A stretch of DNA of 64,000 nt from a virus. Each line of letters begins with the position of its first letter. The stretch's first letter is position 1. This document shows, piece by piece, positions 15,876 to 26,100 of this stretch. A program made the translations under genes and the position numbers. The notes below the pieces were generated by a model. It worked only from the letters and a program-made list of their open reading frames with translations, made no database searches and was not told the DNA's origin. The stretch lies in the IMG/VR virus record IMGVR_UViG_3300045988_140747; one strand, written 5' to 3'.

Positions 15876-16555
15876 CCGATGTAAGAGTGTTCTCAGGCCA
15901 TCAGCCAAACTTCCTTCCATACATGGGCGTGTTCTACAAGATGTACCGTTCCAACGTGTTTGTCTTGGATGACGATGTGCAGTATTCTAGGGATGGACTT
16001 CACAACGCCAACTTTATCAAAGTGAATGGGTCTAAGCACAGGATTACCGTGCCGGTCAAATACAACTTTGGAGATCCGATCAACAAGGTTGAGATATGCA
16101 ACGACATGGATTGGGCTGGCAAGATGCTCAAGACTATGAAGTGCGCTTATGCAAAGGCTCCGCATTTTGAAGAAGGATATGGGCTCTTGGAAAGGCATTT
16201 TCAAAACATGCCAACCCGCTTGTCGGACTTGAACATTGGCCTCATCCGCGAAATCGCAGATAGATTCGGGATGACGTGCAAAATTGTCGTTGCCAGCGAA
16301 TCTGTTCCTACGGATCTCAAGAAGAACGAAAGAAACCTCTACCAATGCATCACCCTCGGGGGAAGTGAGTACCTGTCAGGAGAGGGAGGAAGGGTATACA
16401 ACGACGAAGAGCTGTTTGCTGGGCACGGGATCGACGTGAAGTACTCCGATTATCATCCACTCCATTACAGGCAAGTCGGTAGGGAGTTCATCGAGAACTT
16501 ATCCGTTATTGACTACATTTTTAATGTTGGATTTGCGATTCCTGAAGAATGGTGA
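15872..16555 (+). CDS. WbqC-family protein
   Basis: HQPNFLPYMGVFYKM at the N-terminus and LSVIDYIFNVG at the C-terminus match the WbqC-like pattern. ATGA overlap with the upstream gene. Confidence 0.6.
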   Translation: MTDVRVFSGHQPNFLPYMGVFYKMYRSNVFVLDDDVQYSRDGLHNANFIKVNGSKHRITVPVKYNFGDPINKVEICNDMDWAGKMLKTMKCAYAKAPHFEEGYGLLERHFQNMPTRLSDLNIGLIREIADRFGMTCKIVVASESVPTDLKKNERNLYQCITLGGSEYLSGEGGRVYNDEELFAGHGIDVKYSDYHPLHYRQVGREFIENLSVIDYIFNVGFAIPEEW

Positions 16556-16584
16556 AATAATTCTCGGTGATACGTCAAAAATAC

Positions 16585-16612
16585 TTTACAAATGGAATGG
16601 TTGTGTTACGAT
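16585..16612 (+). promoter_or_regulatory. Sigma-70-type promoter, copy B of the conserved phage promoter
   Basis: TTTACA, 16-nt spacer, (tgt)TACGAT, then TTATATAAAAA. Confidence 0.55.
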
Positions 16613-16646
16613 ATAGTTATATAAAAACCACATCAGGAGGTTAAAT

Positions 16647-17807
16647 ATGGCTTATCCGTACACAGAGAATGGCTACAACATGTTCGACATGCTCAGCCTG
16701 ATTCAGAAATCCATCCGCCGTTCCGACTACAATCATGCAAGCTTCGCAGCAAAACAACTCAAGGGGCGATACCGCAGTACAATGTGGAATCGCCTTTTTG
16801 TCACCGCATCGGAAGACTGTTTTGGCGTATTATCAAAAGAACTCGTCGAGCTGAGGAAATGTGATGAAGTGCATCCCAGCGACCAGAACCTCAGTGATGC
16901 ACTCGCTCTGATGTGCAGAGCAAAGAAAAGCCGGGATGCCTGCTACTTTGCCTGCAATTTCGTCCTTGCAAACAGAAAGCCGCGCAACTTCGAGTTTTCG
17001 GAATCGGAGATGTACGGTTTTCATTTGCAGTTGAATAGAATCCATGATCGTATTGCCGGGAAGATCAATCCTGATGGATGCGATCAGCTCTCTATCGAAG
17101 AGAACGGATTCAAAGAAGCTGACATTGACTACTGCGATCTGTTCTGTGAACTCAGCGAGGGAGAAGCCGCAGTGGCATACAATGGCCTTGCTCTCCAGAA
17201 GGCTATGAAACACCGCGACATGGATATGATCGGCTATCACACCAACTTCTTCCGGGAAAATTGCCGAGAGAAGTTTTGGGAGACACTGCTCGATTACACC
17301 CTGACCAATGCGCTGGATCTCTATAGTGAGATTGACGCCCTGCGGATCTGCGATGAAGTTGTCAACAAGAGGAGAGCACCTCTCGATAAGGACAACATCT
17401 TCGTGGCGAAGGCGGTCATGCTGCTGTGCTACTACGAAGATGACCGGTTCGACTCCGTATTATCAAACAAGATTGTCAAGTTCGATGAGCTTATCGACTG
17501 GTCGCAGTGGGACATTCCTTCCATTGAGCGGGCAAGGCTCGTGAATGGTGAAATCCCTGAGTGGGTATATGACTGCCACACCCTGAAGGGAAAGAAAGCG
17601 GGGAAAACCGACTGGGATATGACCGTTAGTGAGCAGGCAGCTCTTACACCTCTCCAGCCGGCATACTTCGATGAAGCAAGCTGGCTGTACACCTACGAGC
17701 AGGACGTGGAGATGGGAGTTCTCGATGAGGTGGGGATGAAGCCCATCCGGGAATTCGCAAAAACGCATCCAGTGAATCCCGTGGAGGTAATCCCCTATGA
17801 GGAGTGA
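16647..17807 (+). CDS. Stand-alone MgsA/RarA C-terminal-like helical-domain protein (386 aa)
   Basis: MLSLIQKSIRRSD..A...A.QL...WNRLFVTASEDCFG ... ALMCRAKKSRDACY parallels the MgsA_C pattern (SAfiKSiRGSD...RRl.i.AsEDiG...KSNa.Y). No AAA+ module is present. Confidence 0.45.
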   Translation: MAYPYTENGYNMFDMLSLIQKSIRRSDYNHASFAAKQLKGRYRSTMWNRLFVTASEDCFGVLSKELVELRKCDEVHPSDQNLSDALALMCRAKKSRDACYFACNFVLANRKPRNFEFSESEMYGFHLQLNRIHDRIAGKINPDGCDQLSIEENGFKEADIDYCDLFCELSEGEAAVAYNGLALQKAMKHRDMDMIGYHTNFFRENCREKFWETLLDYTLTNALDLYSEIDALRICDEVVNKRRAPLDKDNIFVAKAVMLLCYYEDDRFDSVLSNKIVKFDELIDWSQWDIPSIERARLVNGEIPEWVYDCHTLKGKKAGKTDWDMTVSEQAALTPLQPAYFDEASWLYTYEQDVEMGVLDEVGMKPIREFAKTHPVNPVEVIPYEE

Positions 17808-18048
17808 GCCTGAAAGAAAGTCCGATAAGGTCCGGAGGTTGGTGGCAGAGGGAAGATACAAGGAAGCCCTGAGAATTGCCAAGGATTTCCATTTTGGCAT
17901 ATCCAAGGAAGACTCCGACACCATGAAGCGGGGATATGAATGTATGGTATGGCCGGACTTTTACAGGCAGATAGGGAAGATGCCCTCTGAAATCTCACAA
18001 AAAGCCATAGAAACCGTGCAACGGCTGTATGGAATAAAATCAATCTAA
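17797..18048 (+). CDS. Hypothetical protein (83 aa)
   Basis: Overlaps the upstream stop and is followed by a terminator. Confidence 0.4.
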   Translation: MRSEPERKSDKVRRLVAEGRYKEALRIAKDFHFGISKEDSDTMKRGYECMVWPDFYRQIGKMPSEISQKAIETVQRLYGIKSI

Positions 18049-18070
18049 GAAGATAAAAAACGCTCATAAA

Positions 18071-18107
18071 CAGCCTCTACGATCAATGCGTAGGGGCTGT
18101 AATTTTT
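18071..18107 (+). terminator. Rho-independent terminator
   Basis: 11-bp stem cagcctctacg/cgtaggggctg, 7-nt loop, then TAATTTTT. Confidence 0.7.
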
Positions 18108-18115
18108 GAAAAAGG

Positions 18116-18727
18116 TTGGTGAAACTAGTGGACGAAAACAAGGAACGGAATGACGCTCCCGAAACGGCGCTTAAAAGCGCGAAGAAAACGCGAAGAAAAC
18201 TTTCCCCTCAACTGAAGGAAAATCAATACACCAAGGGGTCCGAAAAGGCAAGAGAGAATGGTCGGAAGGGCGGGATCAAATCCGGCGAGTCCAAACGGAA
18301 CAAGAAGGATGCCAGAGAGTCTATCCGGTATATGCTTCAGTTGTCCGCCAAGAAGGGCTGGGAAGCAAACCTCAAGGAGTTTGGCGTTGCTACGGAAGAG
18401 CTGACCAACATGAACGCCCTTAGCGCCAGGCTGTTTTCAATGGCTTTGAGCGGAAACCTTGATGCCTATCTGACCCTCATGAAGATGGGAGGATATGATC
18501 CCGAAGAAATCCGTAGAGAGCGCGAGAGCATTGCATCCGATGCCCGCCGGGATAAGGAAGTCAATGCTAAGGTGGAAGCTCTCGGTAATGGGCCGGATGG
18601 ATCCAGCGCCGCGCTCAACATGAATGACGAGGAAGGCCACAGCGATGTCGTAATCTACATGCCGCAGGTAGAAAAGTTCGAGGATCTTGAGGAAAAAGAC
18701 CAAGAGGGCGGCAAGACTGAGGAATAA
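18116..18727 (+). CDS. Putative terminase small subunit
   Basis: Lies immediately upstream of the large terminase. Basic N-terminus and helical core; 203 aa. Assigned by position and composition only. Confidence 0.5.
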   Translation: MVKLVDENKERNDAPETALKSAKKTRRKLSPQLKENQYTKGSEKARENGRKGGIKSGESKRNKKDARESIRYMLQLSAKKGWEANLKEFGVATEELTNMNALSARLFSMALSGNLDAYLTLMKMGGYDPEEIRRERESIASDARRDKEVNAKVEALGNGPDGSSAALNMNDEEGHSDVVIYMPQVEKFEDLEEKDQEGGKTEE

Positions 18728-18760
18728 TTTTCCAAATTCCGTTCGGAAGGGGTGATGAGT

Positions 18761-20163
18761 ATGCCACAGATCCTGAAGCCGCAGGAAGGACCTCAGACAC
18801 GGTTCATGTCTACCCCCGCGAGCATTTGTATCTATGGCGGCTAGGAGCAGCCGGCGGAGGGAAAAGCTTTGGATTGCTCATGTCTGCCCTTCGGTACAAG
18901 AACGTGCCCGGGTTTGGCTGCACCATATTCCGAAAGAACTTCAACCAGATATTTGCACAGGGCGGTCTGTGGGATGAATCCATGCAGATCTACCAAGACG
19001 TCAAGGGAGCTTGTCCCAAGTTCGCTCGAGGGCAATGGTTGTTCTGCAATGACAAAGGTGAGGTTTTATCAAAGGTCACGTTTGCTCATATTGAGAAGGA
19101 TGAGGACGTCCATAAATGGCAAGGCTCTCAGATCTGCGAATTGGGATTTGACGAGCTAACTCATTTTACCGAGAAAACGTTCTTCTATATGCTATCCCGT
19201 AACCGATCTGCCTGTGGTGTTGAGCCATTTGTCAGGGCTACATGCAACCCTGATGCGAATTCATGGGTGGCAAAGTTCATTGAGTGGTGGATCGATCAGG
19301 ATACTGGATACCCAATCCCTGAACGGAGTGGGAAGATTCGATGGTTTATCCGCCGGGATGAAGTGCTCTACTGGGCTAATACCCGGCAAGAGCTCTGGAA
19401 AAGATTCAATCTCACTACAGAAGAGGAGAAAAGTGAGCCAAGGTCTGTCACGTTCATAATGTCTAAGTTGAGCGACAACAAGGAACTTATGAAGGTGAAC
19501 CCGGGCTACCTTGCAAACCTAAAGGCGCTGTCTCAGATCGAGAGAGAGCGCCTTCTTTATGGAAACTGGAAGATCAAGGCCGCTGCTGGTCTCTACTTCA
19601 AGAGATCACAGCTTGGAGAGATTCTCAATAGTGTCCCTGCGGATGTCATCCAGTGGGTAAGATGCTGGGACTTGGCTGCTACGGAAAAGGACGACAAGGG
19701 AGACCCGGCATATACTGCTGGCGTCCTTATGGGAAAGCGGAAGAATGGACGATATGTCATTGCCAACGTTGTCAACAAGCAGATGTCCGCATCTGATGTC
19801 CGAAAGACCATCAAGCTCACGGCACAGTCTGATAGAGCTGCCTATAAGCGAGTCCGAGTTCGATTGCCACAGGATCCCGGACAGGCCGGTAAGGAACAGG
19901 CGGAGTCCTACATAAAGTTCTTGGCCGGCTTTGATGTTACGACTGTGGCAGAAAGCGGAACCAAAGAGGCAAGAGCGGAGCCAATGGCTGCACAATGGCA
20001 GGCTGGAAACTTCGACATTGTATACGGCGAGTGGAATGAAGAGTACCTGCTTCAGCTTGAAAACTTCCCAGATGGAAAGTTCAAGGATATGGTCGATGCT
20101 TCCGCAAATGCTTTTGCAGAGATCGAATCCAGATGCGCATTCAACCTCAGCAACCTGATTTGA
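18761..20163 (+). CDS. Terminase large subunit, apparently split by a frameshift at ~18842
   Basis: RBS plus ATG 18761 gives MPQILKPQEGPQTRFMSTPASICIYGG and then TAG. The -1 frame continues (L)GAAGGGKSFGLL (Walker A), LGFDE (Walker B) and nuclease-domain acidic residues through to 20163. Confidence 0.8.
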
Positions 20164-20189
20164 TTACCATACCGGAAGGAGATATAAGC

Positions 20190-23100
20190 GTGGATAAGAT
20201 GACACAAGAGGATCGCATCAAGCACTATGCGCATCTGATTCAGCGTCAGACTGGCAAGGCTGTGCGACCGTACCGTGCTGACGGATACGTCAACATGGTT
20301 AACCGGTATGGCACATCGAAAGATTCGTCCGAGCAGTACAACTTCGTACCGGATGCGCCGGTTGCTGACGATGTGCTTGAAATGCACTATGAAAACAACG
20401 GCCTGTTTTCCAAAATCATCGATATGCCGGCAGAGGAAGCCATCAAGCACGGCTTTACCATCGAAGACGTAGAGGACGGAAAGCTGGCTGACTTCTACAG
20501 CGAAGCTCTCGACGAACTCAACTGGGAAGAGAACGCCATGACCGCCGTTAAGTGGGCAAGACTGTTCGGCGGCTCCATTGCCATTATGCTTGTGAACGAT
20601 GGTCGTGGGCTCGAGGAACCTCTCGATTGGAAGAACATTCAATCCATTGACGATATCCGAGTGTACGACAGATCGCTCATTAGCCCTGACTACAGTAGCG
20701 TGTTCAACTACGATCCGCAGGATCCATTCCGAGTTCGCGGCAGTCGGCTTGGTATGCCCGAATACTATGATGTCTATAGCAAGTATGGATCATTCCGAGT
20801 ACACGACAGCAGATGCCTTGTTTTCCAAAACGGCGTCCTGCCTGAAAATGCAACTAACTCCATCTACCAGTTTTGGGGAATCCCGGAGTACATCAGGCTG
20901 AACAAGGCCATCCGGGATGCGGACATTGCACACCGCAGCGCACCCAAGTTGCTGGAACGGTCTGTGCAGCCCATCTATAAGATGAAGGATCTCGCGGCTG
21001 AGTTGGCTACAGAACAGGGCGAAGACCGCATTCTCAAACGTCTGCAGGTTATCGACACTGCACGAGGAATCCTCAACAGCCTTGTCATCGATGCCGATGG
21101 CGAAGACTATGACTTCAAGACGTTCCAGTACAACGGTATCACTGACGTTATCAGTGCATCCTGCAATATGCTCGCTGCCCTGTCCAATATTCCACAGATC
21201 ATTCTGTTTGGGCAGACCATCAGCGGAATGAGCAGCACTGATGACACCAGCATGGAGAACTACTACAACTACGTTGAGCGCATTCAGAAAAGGATGCTGC
21301 GGAGTAATCTCCGATATCTACTGTCTGTTGTTTTTCAAGCCGGCCTTGCAACCGGAGAGGTTGATGAAGTCCCAAAGCTGAAGGTTCAGTTCAATCCTCT
21401 GTGGTCTGTCAGCGATTCCGACCAAGCAACTCTGGATCAGCAGAAGGCCCAGACCGAGCAGATCAAGGCGCAGACTGCCCAGATCTATGTCGGTATGGAA
21501 GCCATTGATCCCAGCGAGGTTCGTTCCAAGCTTGCAGATAGCGATGACTTTGATGTCGAGAATATGCTTGATGAGTATACTGAAGAGGAACTCGAAGCTG
21601 GAATGCCAAGCAATGATGAGAGCCAAGAGCAAACGCCTGATGATGGACAGCCTGCTACTCCTGATTCTCAACCTACTGGAAATGATGAAAAAGCCGGACC
21701 TGGTCAGCTCCTGAACGAAAAGACTCTCTCTGCTGTTGGAAACAATGCAAAAGATCCTGCCACCATGGAGACTAAGGTTAGCTCCGATCCTCATGAAAAC
21801 AAGGAAGGCACTGAAGGTGATGCCCCTGCATCCGCCCCTGCTGCGACGAAAAAGCCTTCCGACATGGACCCTGAAGAAAAGGCCAAAGCTGCACAATCGC
21901 GCCAAAACAAGGCAAAAGACCGGGAGGACTCACTTCGTACCGATGACAACAATTCTCACTCCGAAGATCAAAAAGGCTCGGTGGGCGTTATTGTGGTCAA
22001 TGGGGGCAGAGTCCTGAATGGTACTCGGCACAACGATTTTGGCTACGGCCTTGTCTGTGGCCCCGGCGGTCACATTGAAGAAGGTGAAACTCCGGAACAG
22101 GCTGCATTCCGAGAGACCAAAGAAGAATTCGGTATTACGCCCAAAAGCCTTATGTGCCTTGGACAAGGGCCTAAAGAAAAAGATACCGGCCTGAAGCCGT
22201 ACCTGTTCCTGTGCACCGAATACTACGGCACTCCGAACTGCGAAGATCTCGAGATGACCGGCGCCAAGTTCAGTACCATTGAGGAATTGAACGAAAAGGC
22301 CGAATCCTTGTTCGGCCCGTTCGCAGACGGCCTGAACATCCTGATGGACTGCCTTGAAACCGGCATCTTCTATACAGACCCAGCGGAAGGCGTAACTGGC
22401 GAGAAACTGAATTCTCATCTGGAAAAGGCTATGAATGCCGATGGAGGTCAAGGATCTGGCAATTTTGGACACGAAGGAAGGCCAGGAAAAGTAGGAGGAA
22501 GCGCCGAGTCGCACAACTTTGGAGGGCTCAAAAACAGCGAGCTTTCATCTAAGATGAATGGCGTGTTCGATGATGCAAAGATAGGAACTCGCTTTTCCGT
22601 AAAGATGAACGGCGTTGCCGGAAAAGATGATTATGAAATCTATAAAGTTTCAGATGGATTCTACGTTCGGAGCAAAAAAGGCGGAAACGATATTGTCAAA
22701 TCAGTTGACAAGCTCGTCGAGAATTGCGGTGTATACGTCACAAATCTGACCTCTGACAAGGTCATGTATAAGGAAGCCAACATTGAAGTTGGTGAACCCG
22801 AAACAGAAGAAGCACAAAGTTTTACTAGAGCATACGAATCTTGCAGAAAGGAAAGAGAGCGACTTGCATCTGGGAATTATAAAATCACTGAAGTTGATGA
22901 TGCTACCGCAAAAAAGTATGCTGACACTTTGAACAAAGCAAGCAAGGCAAAAATCGCAAAACTTGCTATTGATGACCCACAGTTCAAGGCTGTTGTTGAT
23001 AACATTTCTGCGTATACACAGGGAGAATATGTATATCAGCGAAAAGCGACTGAAAAATTCATCAGCAACGGATATGACCCATCTAACGATGCAATCCTCG

Positions 23101-26100
23101 GAGATCGACTTACCGATTCTTTGTATTTATGCAAAGACATGTACAAGGGACAAAATCTTTCCGTTTCCAGTGCAAGTGTAACGGAAGGCATGGCGAACTT
23201 GACAAAGGCTGTGAATTGCTCCGATCCGTTTGACGGAGAGCTGTACCGAGTTGCTCAGGACAGAAGCCTGATGAAAACTGCAGACTCTGGAAACCAGGGA
23301 GTATACACTCCGCCAAAACCCGGAGAAACAATATCCATAGTTGCTCCTACTTCGTTCTCAAAGGACAAAGCGGCTATTGATAAGATTGCCAAAGATAAGT
23401 CCGGTGATATCATCTATTACACTGTTCAACCGGGTGCTCATGCCGTAGATGTATCAAAGCTGTCACCGTATAAGCAAGCTGAACTCCTTACCTGCGGAGA
23501 ATATGAGGTTGTCAGTGTTGATTCCAAGCCTCAGAGAGTTGTTATGACTCAGATCGATCGTTTCACAAGTGAAACAATCGATTCGCTGAAGGCCAACAGA
23601 GGGGCAACAGTTGACGACGGTTTTGTTAAATTTCCAATCCTTGAAACTCATGTGACTCTTCGCCAGAAAGAACCTATTCACATGGATTCTTGCGATGATA
23701 GCATCCACAGATACAGACCCGACGATTTTTCCGAACGGATGGTCTATGATGACGAGATTGATCTCGATGGTGGCCCAGGGTCTGGGAACTATGGGCACGA
23801 GGGCGTTCCGGGGCAAGTGGGCGGAAGCGCCCCTAGCACAAGCGGTCCGATTTCCAAAAGTAGCTTTCAGAAGGGCTCTGGTCACTTTGAAGTAACTGGT
23901 GACGTGAAAGATATGTATCTCACAAAGCCGGCAAGAACCAGAATTGAAGGGGCTATTAAAACGGTGAAAACCGCTAATGACCTCAAGAAATATCTTGAAA
24001 ATCAAGGAATCAAGCTTGAAACGTCTTATGAACCACTCAAGAAAGCGATGGATAGAGAGATCCCGTCCATCAAGGAGCAGGCTGATTATGTGATTGCCGC
24101 TATTGAGCAGTACAAGGATCTCGGTGGGCTTAAAGCGCTTAAAGCGGTTCACATCTATGACCATGATATTGATGCACAGGCGCAGTACAGCTATCGCGCA
24201 AAAGGGGAAGGTGATGTTCCAGACGAGGGACATTTGTATATCAGCTACATGGCTAATGGAGAGCAAATTATGCATGAGTTTGCTCACGCCTATGCTGACT
24301 CCACAAAGCCTGATGGAATGGATGTTGTCGAATGGTCAGCGAAGCTCAACCAAGAAGCAGGCCTTTCGAAAAACGTAAAATCATACTTCGGCGCGGACAG
24401 CGATGCTAAAGAAGCTGAGCGTTTTGCCAATGCGATTGGGTACGCAATTGCGGATGGAGATGGACCGGATGGCCGACTTGCATTTGCTGCAAATGTTGCG
24501 AATATCGTAAGAAATTCCAATGGATCGTCCGCAGGAATGTCCGGCGGAAACCTTGCATTTAGAAGCATGATTCCGAAAGACAGCTACTTCAACTCTCCAT
24601 CCTACAAGAAGGCTGTTGAAGCCTACCGCGGAGCCATCAGAAAGCATGACGATGCATGGAAGAAATATAGCGACCTCAAGGAAGATCTCAAAGCAGAGTC
24701 CGCTCCGAAGCCTGAATCTGAATGGGATGATAACGACATCTTCGAAGATCTCATTGGCCATCGTCCCATGACCTACACAGAAAAAGGCAAGAAGATCAAG
24801 TCTGAGATGGACAAAGCCTTCAAGGATTCACAGGAATATGACCATGAGCAGACCGAGACTGGCGACAAGCTTCGCGAGATCAAGAAAAAAGAGCATGACA
24901 AGCAGGTGAAGGGCATCCATTTCCAACCGCCTGCTGATGCCTCCTCCGATGATTATGAGGGCTTTACCACTAAGACCACCGGAACGTCCGCCTATGATGA
25001 CTACATCAACGGAGAAAGGAACGGAGGCCGAATTGCAGAGATGTCCCCGGCGGAATATCTTCAAAGATGCGCCTATCAGGTCTTTGAAGATGCTACCATT
25101 GAGTCCACTCTGGCTGCTATCGATGAGTCCAACGTTAAGAAGTATGCCGATATGATGAAGAATGGCACAAAGTTTGACATGCCGTATCTCAATTTCATGT
25201 CTGGTCAGCAGGAAGGACGGCATCGAGCCGCTGCTGCCATGCAAGCTGGTATCGATAAGATCCCTGTGCTTGTGGTCGGAGAAAGGTTTGCCAAGTATGA
25301 CGGAGGAAAAGGCTCTGGCAACTGGGGCCATGAAGGCCGAAAAGGGAAGCTCGGTGGATCGGCCCCCGGCGGAGGCGTGCACAACCGGATTTCCGAAGAG
25401 GGCGGATCCTACACCTCATTCTCAAAGAAGCAGAAGAAACTTGCCACAACGCACTTTGCCGGCAAGGGGGAATTTCACAATCTCCCGGACAAGACTAAGA
25501 TTGTTGCCGATCTTGTGTTTGGACCGTACTCTATGGTCTATAACGCCAAGCATGGCATGTTCATCGGCGAAGACGGTGCCGAAATGAACCCGGATGATGT
25601 GACAGACGCTTGCGACAAAGACACTCCTGTTCGAGTGTTCATTCCGAATGAGGCGAGCACGAACTACAACAAGCTCAAGCAGTCCTTTGATGTTTCCCCG
25701 TCCAGAATGGCTGAAGCAAAAGCCTATTCACAGCCAAAGCAAGCCGACAAAGACCTCCGAAAGAAAACCGGAGAGGTGTGGAAAACGCTTACTGATGGTC
25801 AGAAAAAGTCACTTTATGATTATACCGGCGGCTTTTTTATGGACATCAACCACTCCCTGAGAAGTGGTCATGGAACTGTGCAGAACCAGTCCAAGGCCTC
25901 TGACATCACGACCGCCATAGCTAAGAGCAAAACTCAAGAGGATATGTGGCTGTATCGAGGAGTTGGCTTGGAGGCTGTTCCTAAGATGTTTGGTATTGAC
26001 TGGGGAAAAATACAGAAGAATGACATTGGTTCTATTGTTGGAATGTCCGGCTCTGACGACGGCTTTATGTCGTGCGGTACAACTGCTGGCACTGGATATG

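Noticed and set aside
18842-18844. Read-through or reassignment of the TAG that ends the terminase N-terminal fragment, or an alternative genetic code supported by the phage tRNAs.
   Set aside because: Continuing in that frame gives a junk 96-aa sequence. All other genes, including a 2,078-codon ORF, are open in the standard code. None of the folded tRNAs has an anticodon complementary to a stop codon.
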